Source: a virus
IMG/VR virus record: IMGVR_UViG_3300037264_007739
Span: 1-64,000 of that record
Length of the DNA: 64,000 nt
Strand: one strand, 5' to 3'
Shown here: positions 1 through 7,976 of the stretch, in pieces
How the letters are laid out: each line of letters starts with the position of its first letter
How positions within the stretch are numbered: position 1 is the stretch's first letter
The notes under the pieces: generated by a model
The model's input: the letters and a program-made list of their open reading frames with translations, nothing else
The model's database searches: none
Told to the model about the DNA's origin: nothing
Program-made: the position numbers and the translations under genes

Positions 1-2
1 GT

Positions 3-314
3 ACGCTCGTTCCTCTCTGCCGATCGTGCCACGCGACTCGGCACAAACGATCGCCCAATGCGTGTGGTCGACGACCGCCACCCGGTGAACCACCACCCTT
101 ATGCGCTTGTGGTTGCGGGCTCCATGTACGGTGGAAGCGCGTTCGTGGTTGGGCGACGTATCGGAAGGGGCACGGGAACGCAAGGGTGCCGGCGGTCGCA
201 AAGCTCGAGCCTGCGCCGTTGTGCAAATGTGGCTGCAGGTTGCCTGTTTCGTTTCGCAACGGACGTGGATGGAACGAATACAAACAAGGGCACCGTCAGC
301 GGCAGAAGGAATGA
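3..314 (+). CDS. HNH endonuclease, 5'-truncated C-terminal part with two CxCGC repeats
   Basis: Not in the ORF track. Frame 3 translates as TLVPLCRSCHATRH (end of an HNH motif), then PLCACGC...W..Y..GH and PLCKCGC...W..Y..GH; TGA at 312-314. Confidence 0.7.
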   Translation, partial: TLVPLCRSCHATRHKRSPNACGRRPPPGEPPPLCACGCGLHVRWKRVRGWATYRKGHGNARVPAVAKLEPAPLCKCGCRLPVSFRNGRGWNEYKQGHRQRQKE

Positions 315-317
315 GCA

Positions 318-509
318 ATGAGCGGCGCAGCGGTCTACTACCAGGAGCTCGTGCAGATCCTCGCGGACGTGCGCGCAGCGAACGGTCAGCAAGAGGGCAG
401 CGAGGTCGACGCACTTCTCGGCGAGCTCTCGAACGTCTGGGGCCTGATGTCGCCCGCAGAGCAGGAAGCCGCTGATCCGAAGCTCAAGGCTGTGCAGGAG
501 GGCGTGTGA
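318..509 (+). CDS. hypothetical protein, 63 aa
   Basis: AAGGA SD upstream; typical codon usage; GTGA overlap with the next gene. Confidence 0.6.
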   Translation: MSGAAVYYQELVQILADVRAANGQQEGSEVDALLGELSNVWGLMSPAEQEAADPKLKAVQEGV

Positions 510-1366
510 GCGGTGGTGGGTCAACGCTGAAGCCGGTCTTCGGGATCACCAATCTGCCTCCGAATCAGACGAAGTCGAAGACGGGCGGCGCCGAGCTCCT
601 CTCGGACAAGATCATCGCGACGCTCGAAGTGAACGGCGCTCGCCTCGCGTGGTCGCGAGCGACGATCTGCCCGTGTCCAGGCTTCAACGAGCAGACACGG
701 CAGCCCGACCCGACTTGTCCGGAGTGCCGGGGTGGTGGCGTCCTGTACTTTGGGCCAAAGGACTACGTCCCTCCTGCTGAGGCCGGCACGCTCGACGATC
801 TCCAGAAGGCGCTCATCCTGAAGAACAAGGCCGCCGTGATTCGTGGTGTCATTCAGCGCGTGACGCAGGCGCAGGACTTCTACGACGTGCTCGGCAACTG
901 GGTGCGTGGCACGATGCAGGTCACCGTTCGGCCCGAGAACAAGATCGGCTACTACGATCGTCTTGTGAACATCGACTCTGAGGTCCCGTACTCGCAGATC
1001 GTCATCGCGCTCACCGATCCGACGTTGCTCGTGCCGCTGCGCTATCTCGCGACCGGCGTGAACACGATGATCGACCCGACGGGCCGGCGCTACGAGCAGG
1101 GCGAAGACTTCACCGTCAAGGACGGGCAGATCTGCTGGTATCCAGGCAAAGCACCAGTCGTGGGGACGCGGCTCTCGGTCCACTACCTCACGCATCCGAC
1201 GTGGCTCGTCGTCGACCACCCGCACGTACTGCGCGAGATCGCTCGTCGTCGAAAGCAGGTGCCGCGCATAACGCCGCTCGGCAACCCGACGCCGCTTCCG
1301 ATCCAAGCATCAGTGCGCCTCGAGTTCTTGCCGCCACGCGAGATTCCACCAGCGCCCGCATTGTAG
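506..1366 (+). CDS. putative neck/head-completion virion protein with Cys-rich Zn motif
   Basis: CPC...CPECRGGG motif and position upstream of the sheath, as in SPO1/Twort-like neck genes. Confidence 0.6.
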   Translation: MSGGGSTLKPVFGITNLPPNQTKSKTGGAELLSDKIIATLEVNGARLAWSRATICPCPGFNEQTRQPDPTCPECRGGGVLYFGPKDYVPPAEAGTLDDLQKALILKNKAAVIRGVIQRVTQAQDFYDVLGNWVRGTMQVTVRPENKIGYYDRLVNIDSEVPYSQIVIALTDPTLLVPLRYLATGVNTMIDPTGRRYEQGEDFTVKDGQICWYPGKAPVVGTRLSVHYLTHPTWLVVDHPHVLREIARRRKQVPRITPLGNPTPLPIQASVRLEFLPPREIPPAPAL

Positions 1367-1378
1367 TAGAAAGAGTCG

Positions 1379-2107
1379 ATGGTCGATGTTCAGGTCACCG
1401 TCGATGAACGAGACGCTGAGCGTCTCGCTGACAATCTGCTCGGACTCTTTGATAGCTCGGTCTTCATCGAAGCGGTTGCCGCCGTTGCGTATGCGCGGTG
1501 GGTCGAGCTCGCGTACACGACGCTCACCAAGACGCGCGACGAGTACATCGCTGGCATCAAACCGCCACAGATCACCGGCGAGAACACGGCTGTCCTCGAG
1601 CTTGAAGGGACCATCCCGAACCTCATTGAGGGTGGGGCGCCGCCGTACGATTTCCGGCAGACGCACCTCAAGGGGAAGAGCTCGCGCGTGATCGCCTTCG
1701 GGCACGAAGCACCGGGTGGCGCGGCCGGGCCATCGGCGTCACCGCTCGGCTACGCCTTTCGGCAGTCGATGGGCGAGGCGTCCGCGAAGTCCCTTGGCCG
1801 CCGCGTGGCGAAGGCGGCGAAGCAGTTGGCGCCTGGGGCGCGTCTCCGCGCTGGAATGGCGCCAACACTCAAGCCGACGCACCAGGCGGACGTCTACGCC
1901 GGGCTCCAAAAGCGTGGGCGCCCGGCAGCGGCCGGCGGTGGGAGCGCGTATCTTACCTTTCGTACATTGTCGCAGAACTCCCCGGCCGGGACGTGGATGT
2001 ACCCCGGCGTCGAGGCCCGAGACTTGTCGTCGCGCGTCCTAGATGACATGGAAACGCTGGCGCCGGCCGTGATCGATGGTGTCCTGAGCGCACTGCTTGG
2101 CGGGTAG
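1379..2107 (+). CDS. putative neck/tail-completion protein
   Basis: Synteny; C-terminal FRTLSQNSPAGTWMYPG resembles myovirus neck proteins. Confidence 0.5.
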   Translation: MVDVQVTVDERDAERLADNLLGLFDSSVFIEAVAAVAYARWVELAYTTLTKTRDEYIAGIKPPQITGENTAVLELEGTIPNLIEGGAPPYDFRQTHLKGKSSRVIAFGHEAPGGAAGPSASPLGYAFRQSMGEASAKSLGRRVAKAAKQLAPGARLRAGMAPTLKPTHQADVYAGLQKRGRPAAAGGGSAYLTFRTLSQNSPAGTWMYPGVEARDLSSRVLDDMETLAPAVIDGVLSALLGG

Positions 2108-2121
2108 AACAAAGGAAGCGA

Positions 2122-2793
2122 ATGCTCGAGCGGATCATCTTCACAGCGCTCAAGGATGGCATTGCCGAGCTCGTAGCCGATCCAAACGAGGTTCGACGGC
2201 TGTTCACCAAGCTGAAGGGGCTATCTAGGACCGAGGCGGAGAGGATTGCCGATTATCTCCGCCGGCTCCCGCCTGATGTCATCCACAACTATCCGCGCGA
2301 GGACTCGAAGTTTCCGCTCTATGCGATCGTGCTCGACGACGAGAACGAGTCGCAGAAGTTCCTCGACGATCTCGGCGGGATCGTCGACGAGGAAGAGGCT
2401 GCCGTCTTCGACGATGCGTCGCTCGAGGGCGTTTACAAGCGGACGAGCATCTTCACGTCTAGGTACAACATCTGGGTCGTCGCCGATGATCCAGATGTCA
2501 CAATCGCCTATTACCAGATCGCGAAGTACGCCCTCGGCCGGAAGCGCTCATTTTTGAAAGGCCTCGGCGTGCTCGACACGCAGTTCACCGGCGGCGATCT
2601 CGCCCCGAACATGAACTACCTGCCGGCTTACCTTTTCGTTCGGCGTCTGACGCTCACGGCGATGTTCGAGGAGCCAGTCTTCGAGGAGTTCGGCGCCCGG
2701 GTCCGCTCCGTGGCCGGCATCCACGTTGATGACGACGCGTCTATCCCTGAAATCGGCGGCGTCAACGCGCTTGTTACAGTCGTGGAAGAATGA
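2122..2793 (+). CDS. putative tail terminator / sheath stabiliser
   Basis: Synteny just upstream of the sheath; AAGGAAG SD. Confidence 0.5.
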   Translation: MLERIIFTALKDGIAELVADPNEVRRLFTKLKGLSRTEAERIADYLRRLPPDVIHNYPREDSKFPLYAIVLDDENESQKFLDDLGGIVDEEEAAVFDDASLEGVYKRTSIFTSRYNIWVVADDPDVTIAYYQIAKYALGRKRSFLKGLGVLDTQFTGGDLAPNMNYLPAYLFVRRLTLTAMFEEPVFEEFGARVRSVAGIHVDDDASIPEIGGVNALVTVVEE

Positions 2794-2807
2794 CAGAGGG
2801 ATGACAT

Positions 2808-3116
2808 ATGGCAACGACACGAAGATCTGTTCAACCTGTTGAGGAGCTTGTCCCGGACGAATACAAGGCCGTTGTTACGCCATCGGGTACGAGTGACGCC
2901 CCGAGGGCGGTGGTTGTTAATGGAGCAGAGGACACTACCGCCGCAGCCGAGCACAGGCCGGATCCGGTCTCGCTCGAAGTTTGGCTTCTGACCTCGGGCA
3001 TGAGGCCTGATCAGGCTGCCGGCTTCCGTCGGTGGGCGTCGTCGCGTAAGCTCGGGCCGCGAACGGGTCCCGAATGGGAACAAGTCCATCGTGAGTTTTT
3101 GGCGAGACCAGTGTAG
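2808..3116 (+). CDS. hypothetical virion-module protein
   Basis: GAGGG SD; small gene before the sheath, as in related myoviruses. Confidence 0.55.
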   Translation: MATTRRSVQPVEELVPDEYKAVVTPSGTSDAPRAVVVNGAEDTTAAAEHRPDPVSLEVWLLTSGMRPDQAAGFRRWASSRKLGPRTGPEWEQVHREFLARPV

Positions 3117-3152
3117 AACGTGGGCGATGACGCCCGATGGAGGATGAGGGTG

Positions 3153-3860
3153 CTAGGAGACGTGTTGCTGACGACGACGATTCGCGATTCGGCTCACCGT
3201 ACTGATCGCGACGTCGAATCGTGTCGCCAGTTCTTCGAGCGTTGTTGGCGGCGTCTTTGCGCGCTCGGCTCGAATCACGCGCACGTCCTCGTCGGTGAGC
3301 CGTCTCTTCTCTTGAGGTTTGATCAACGCGCCCTCGACATGCTTCCACGTTCGACCAGTAGCTGCGGCGCTGACTGCAACGTGGCTGACATCGAAACGCT
3401 CAGCAAGCTCAACGACCGTCACCCCTCGAGCGCGTGCAGATCGGATCGCTTTGACTCGACGCTCAGTCAGCTTCGCAAGATGCTGATCAGCGCCACGAGC
3501 GTGATTATCGCGTTCTTTCTCGTACATATCATCCATGTTGGCTTTGTCGTCGCCAATGAAGAGATGGGACGGACGAACGCAAGCGCGGTTGTCGCAGCGA
3601 TGAAGAACAAGGCTGCCGTTAGTTATCGGACCGTTCTCGAGCTCCCATGCGACGCGGTGCGCATGAAGTGTCGCAAGAATATTTCGGTCAGCCGCTGTGG
3701 TCGCGCGAACCATGCCATAGCCGTGCGGGCCGATTGTCCTATCCCAAAGCCAGCACTCGTCGGCCGTGTTCGGCGCGGTGGGGCCGCATCGATCTACTCT
3801 CGACCAGAACCATTCAGGATTCGGTCGCCACTGTCGTCGAATTGGTCCTCTGATTCCCAT
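3153..3860 (-). CDS. HNH homing endonuclease with two C-terminal HTH domains, antisense to the structural operon
   Basis: ECWLW..GYG, AHRVAWEL..GPI, VLHRCDNRACVRPSHLFIG..N; AKLTE..V..IR HTH repeated. Start at 3860 follows a promoter by 6 nt. Confidence 0.85.
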   Translation of the reverse strand: MGIRGPIRRQWRPNPEWFWSRVDRCGPTAPNTADECWLWDRTIGPHGYGMVRATTAADRNILATLHAHRVAWELENGPITNGSLVLHRCDNRACVRPSHLFIGDDKANMDDMYEKERDNHARGADQHLAKLTERRVKAIRSARARGVTVVELAERFDVSHVAVSAAATGRTWKHVEGALIKPQEKRRLTDEDVRVIRAERAKTPPTTLEELATRFDVAISTVSRIANRRRQQHVS

Positions 3861-3866
3861 GCTTAC

Positions 3867-3895
3867 GTAGTAGCATGGTCTCGTAAGGATGGCAA
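3867..3895 (-). promoter_or_regulatory. sigma70-like promoter TTGCCA-N17-TACTAC for a leaderless HNH mRNA
   Basis: Exact 17-nt spacer; ATG 6 nt after the -10; same geometry at other loci. Confidence 0.6.
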
Positions 3896-3897
3896 CC

Positions 3898-6519
3898 ATG
3901 GCTAGCACAATATTCTTTCAGGGCAAAGTCATCGCGACGCCGGGCTCGTACTCCGAGGTCGATGCGTCAGGACTCGAACAGATCGGTCTTGGCGCGACCG
4001 GCATTTGTGCGCTCATCGGCACGGCAGTCGGCGGCAAGCCGGTGTCGACGTCGTTGCAGACCTCCGAGTTCATCCGCCTGAACACGCCCGAGAAGGTCCG
4101 CCGCACGTTCCGCAGCGGCGACCTGCGCGAGGCCGGCTCGATGATCTTCGAGCCCTCGAGCGATGCTGACATCTTGGCCGGCGCGCAAGAGGTCGTCTTC
4201 ATGAAGACGAACCAAGCGACGCAGGCATCGAGGACGTTCAGCAACAGCAACGGGACGTCGCTGATCGTGGTCTCGCAGGACTACGGCGAGTTCACGAACC
4301 AGATCTCGATCCAGCATCAGGCCGGCACCAACCCCGGGACGAAGCGGATGACGGTGTCCTTCGAGGACACAACCGAGGCGGCCGACAACGTCGGCGGTTC
4401 GGACATCTTCACGCTGCGCTACACCGAGCCCAGCGCGCTCACGGGCTGGGACGCTGTCCGGGCGCAGATCCTCAACTCAGGCGTCAAGATCAATGCGACG
4501 CGCCGAGAGACGGGTCTCTCAGCCCACGTACTCGCGGCGATTACTGCCGGCGAGAATGTTCGTGTCTCCTCGAACAACGTGGGTGACACGCAGCAGATCA
4601 CTGTCTACGGCCTTGATACCGGCAACAACCCAGTGAGGGAGACGCTCCAGCTCAACGGCACGGCGCTCATCATCGGCACGCAGACTTGGAACACGGTCTG
4701 GGGCGCGTCGCTCTCGTCGCCGGCGATCGGCACCATCCTCGTTGAGGAGGACGCTGGTGCCTTCCCCGATCTCCTCTCGTTTGCTGCGGCGCAATCGACG
4801 CGCGGTCTCGTGCTCGGCTCGACGATGTTCGTCGCGAACGCGCCGCTGTCACTCGTGGCAGATGCGCCGTCCACGGCGTCCATTCTTCTGTATGGAAGAA
4901 ACGCCGCCGGCCTTGCAGCGGCCGAGCGCGTCATCCTTACGGGTACGACGTACGTTCGGACGCTGACCTCGTGGTCGCAGATCGACGTCATCGTGCTCGG
5001 CGATCTCGATTCTGTAGCGCCGCGTTTCCTGCTCATTGCAGGTACGGCAGTTCAATCGCTCAACACGACGCAGAACACGGTGAAGAAGCTCGCCGATCTC
5101 GTGAACGCCAAGAAGGTCGGCGCCGACGGCTTCACGCTCGAGCTCGTCACCGGGAACCTCTCGTTCCTCGTGGCGGATGTGGATCTCACCGCCGACGCTT
5201 CGCCGACGACGAACGCGGACATCACGCTGATCCTCCCGACGGGCTCGGACATCAAGACGGCGGTGCTCGGCTTCAAGGCGAACTTGAAGGCGATGCTCGA
5301 CTTCTACACGAGCAACTCGCAGCTCGCAGATGCCACGCGCATCGCGTTCCTGCCGAAGATCGTCGACGTCACGGTGACCGCGTTCGCGACGGTGACCGTC
5401 ACGATCGACGGCTACAACGTCTCGGGGACCGGTGGCACCATCGACGCGACGCGCGACGCGCTCATCGTGGCGATCAACAATGACCACCGCGTGAACCAGC
5501 GCGTCTTTGCCGCCTCGAACGGCGCGGGGATCGTGCGGATCACCGCGTTCACGCCGGCGGGCTTCACGTTCGCCGAGGCGGACGCGAACCTCACGAGCGC
5601 GAATATCCAGTCGACGGCGGGCGTCGGCGCGCCGCCGGACAACACCTCGCTGCCGGAGTTCCTGACGGGCGGATCGGAAGGGCTCTCGACGTTCGCCGAC
5701 TTCCAGAACGCGCTCAACCTTCTGAAGAAGGTCCGAGTGAACAGCATCGTCGTGATGACCGGCGATCCGGCTGTGCACGCCGCGCTCGACGCGCACTGCG
5801 CGTTCATGGGTGGGCTCGGGCGTTCGGAGCGCGACGGCTTCGTCGGCCTTCTCAACAGCGGTCTTACGGGCGTGCCGAATAAGACCGAGGCCAAGAGCCA
5901 GATCGTCGACATCAACTCGCGGCACATTCGCGCGTTCGCGCAGACGATCACGCGGTTCAACACCGCGGGCGAGCGCACGGACTTCTTGCCGCCGTTCCAG
6001 GCCGTCATCGCGGCTGGCATGCAGGCCGGCGCCGTGGTGGGCACATCGCTCACGCACAAGTTCGCCAACGTCCTCGACGTGAAGCAGGACGCGACCTGGA
6101 ATCCAATCGACGACACCGAGGAGATGATTCAGGCGGGCCTCTGCTTCATGGAGCGGCTCGACGGCGTTGGCCGTCGCTGGGTCCGAAATGTCACCACCTG
6201 GCTGAAGTCGAACAACATTGCCTTCATCGAGGGCTCGGTGAACCAGGCGGTGAACTTCGCCGTCTTCGAGTTCCGAACGACACTCGAGACCGTGGTCGGC
6301 AAGCGAGGCTTCGCAGGCACGATCAATGCTGCAAAGGGCGCCGCGCTCAACAAGCTCGGGCTTCTCATTGACTCAGGTTCAATCACGACGTTCCGCGCGC
6401 TCACGATGGAGCTCATCGTTGACGTGCTCGAAGTTTCGGTGGAGATCGCGCCGATCATCCCCATCAACTTCGTGAAGTCGACGATTCACCTGGTAACAAT
6501 CCGCCAGGCCGCCGCGTAA
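3898..6519 (+). CDS. contractile tail sheath protein with inserted domains
   Basis: N-terminal TPGSYSEVDAS, SQDYGEFTNQI, FLTGGSEG, C-terminal PIIPINF; upstream of the tube gene. Start may be 3889 or 3898. Confidence 0.9.
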   Translation: MASTIFFQGKVIATPGSYSEVDASGLEQIGLGATGICALIGTAVGGKPVSTSLQTSEFIRLNTPEKVRRTFRSGDLREAGSMIFEPSSDADILAGAQEVVFMKTNQATQASRTFSNSNGTSLIVVSQDYGEFTNQISIQHQAGTNPGTKRMTVSFEDTTEAADNVGGSDIFTLRYTEPSALTGWDAVRAQILNSGVKINATRRETGLSAHVLAAITAGENVRVSSNNVGDTQQITVYGLDTGNNPVRETLQLNGTALIIGTQTWNTVWGASLSSPAIGTILVEEDAGAFPDLLSFAAAQSTRGLVLGSTMFVANAPLSLVADAPSTASILLYGRNAAGLAAAERVILTGTTYVRTLTSWSQIDVIVLGDLDSVAPRFLLIAGTAVQSLNTTQNTVKKLADLVNAKKVGADGFTLELVTGNLSFLVADVDLTADASPTTNADITLILPTGSDIKTAVLGFKANLKAMLDFYTSNSQLADATRIAFLPKIVDVTVTAFATVTVTIDGYNVSGTGGTIDATRDALIVAINNDHRVNQRVFAASNGAGIVRITAFTPAGFTFAEADANLTSANIQSTAGVGAPPDNTSLPEFLTGGSEGLSTFADFQNALNLLKKVRVNSIVVMTGDPAVHAALDAHCAFMGGLGRSERDGFVGLLNSGLTGVPNKTEAKSQIVDINSRHIRAFAQTITRFNTAGERTDFLPPFQAVIAAGMQAGAVVGTSLTHKFANVLDVKQDATWNPIDDTEEMIQAGLCFMERLDGVGRRWVRNVTTWLKSNNIAFIEGSVNQAVNFAVFEFRTTLETVVGKRGFAGTINAAKGAALNKLGLLIDSGSITTFRALTMELIVDVLEVSVEIAPIIPINFVKSTIHLVTIRQAAA

Positions 6520-6552
6520 CAGGGAAGATGAAAGAGAAGCAGGAGAAGCGCC

Positions 6553-7044
6553 ATGCCGCATCAATTTCCAAAGGGTCACGTCTTCTCGGGAGCGCGGGCA
6601 CGTTTCTCGATAGCGGGAAAGGCCATCGGCTACGCTACGAACTGCACGGGGTCGGAAGAAATCCAATACGAGCCAGTCGAGGTACTCGATCACATTCAGG
6701 TGGCCGAGTTCGTGCCGGTAGGCTACCGCGTGACGTTCAGCGCGTCGCGCGTGCGCCTCATGGGCACGCAGGCCGGGATAGATTCGCTCCGCGGACTGGG
6801 TGTGTTCCCGAATCTTGGCAGCGACGACAGTAGCTTTCTCGAGAACATCCTCAACCTGATTCAGGCTGGCGATATGAATTGCCAGATCGAAGACTCGAAC
6901 CCGCAAGGCGCCGCCAAGATTTTCATGCAGCTCGAGCAGGTGGTGATTGCCAGCCACAACTGGGCGATCACACCTCGCGGCATCGTCGGCGAGGACATCA
7001 ACTTCCTCGGCGTTCGCATGAAGGACGACAACGAAGCTAACTAG
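6553..7044 (+). CDS. tail tube protein
   Basis: 163-aa beta-rich protein directly after the sheath; VFSGARA...YEPVEVL...EFVPVGY pattern; AGGAG SD. Confidence 0.85.
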   Translation: MPHQFPKGHVFSGARARFSIAGKAIGYATNCTGSEEIQYEPVEVLDHIQVAEFVPVGYRVTFSASRVRLMGTQAGIDSLRGLGVFPNLGSDDSSFLENILNLIQAGDMNCQIEDSNPQGAAKIFMQLEQVVIASHNWAITPRGIVGEDINFLGVRMKDDNEAN

Positions 7045-7073
7045 GCAGGCATTCAAATAAATGGAGGGATGAC

Positions 7074-7565
7074 ATGACGCAAACAGCAAAGCCGGAGACG
7101 CTTCAAGAGCGACTTCGCATGACCCATCTTGAGGGCGACATCGACGAGCTGAAGGAGCGAGTCGCTGCTTCAGTCTCGGTGCCAGAGGCCGCGGGAGACG
7201 CACCACCGGACGAAGAGACGTGGACCTTCCCGTTCTCGTATACCGACGCGCGAGGGCAGGTCTGGGCCGGCACGTTCACGAACGAGATCCTCGATCTCGA
7301 GAAGCAGGGCTACGTCGCGAACCTTCGCTCGCGCCTCCAAGGAGGGCAGCCGCAGGATTCGATTGACCCGTCGATCATCGAGCTGAATCTCGCGATCGCG
7401 TGGCTCGCCTACTCGCTCGTAGGGAAGAAGCCGGACTGGGCCAAGAATCTGCGCAAGATCAAGGACCCGGAGGTGGTCATGTCGCTCTACGTGAAGGCGA
7501 GGGCTCACGAAGACCGCTACTTTCGACGCACAGCGAATCCGAGCGCGAGCGAAAGCAGCGAGTGA
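7074..7565 (+). CDS. tail assembly chaperone
   Basis: Between tube and tape measure; GGAGGG SD; PDW motif near the C-terminus. Confidence 0.75.
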   Translation: MTQTAKPETLQERLRMTHLEGDIDELKERVAASVSVPEAAGDAPPDEETWTFPFSYTDARGQVWAGTFTNEILDLEKQGYVANLRSRLQGGQPQDSIDPSIIELNLAIAWLAYSLVGKKPDWAKNLRKIKDPEVVMSLYVKARAHEDRYFRRTANPSASESSE

Positions 7566-7962
7566 CGACGGCGGATCCGTCCTTCGTCGCTGGTGGGTCC
7601 GAAAGTACAACTTACCGCCGAATCATGCGCTGCTCGTGCGGCGCACGCCGGCATCGCTCATTCAGGAGATGCTCGAAGATCTTTACGCGCGTCGCGAGGA
7701 GATCGCGCATGAGCTCAAAGACGCCTCAGGTGTCGCACGCGTGCGTTTGATGGAGATGATTGAATCCATCGATCGTGCGCTCGACGATCCGAAGAAGCTC
7801 ATTGACGACGGCCCGGTGATCACGGGCGACCCGCTCGTCGACGAATGGGAGCGTGCGATCGCGCGTGGCGAGATGCCGGATCTTACGAAAGGGCTCCCAC
7901 CGAAGAGCAAGCCCAAAGGCGGGCGTGGCAGTATGACAGAGCCGCTGCCCTCTGGTAGGTAA
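7522..7962 (+). CDS. tail chaperone extension, probably reached by +1 frameshift
   Basis: Frame is open from 7495 and encodes RRWWVRKYNLPPNH upstream of the GTG at 7636; TTT CGA at 7521-7526. Confidence 0.65.
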   Translation, partial: FDAQRIRARAKAASDDGGSVLRRWWVRKYNLPPNHALLVRRTPASLIQEMLEDLYARREEIAHELKDASGVARVRLMEMIESIDRALDDPKKLIDDGPVITGDPLVDEWERAIARGEMPDLTKGLPPKSKPKGGRGSMTEPLPSGR

Positions 7963-7976
7963 CAGAGGGGACCGCG

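Noticed and set aside
58-475. Track ORFs 58-321 and 101-475
   Set aside because: Frame 3 encodes a recognisable HNH C-terminus and 318-509 has an SD, so these two are alternative-frame artefacts.
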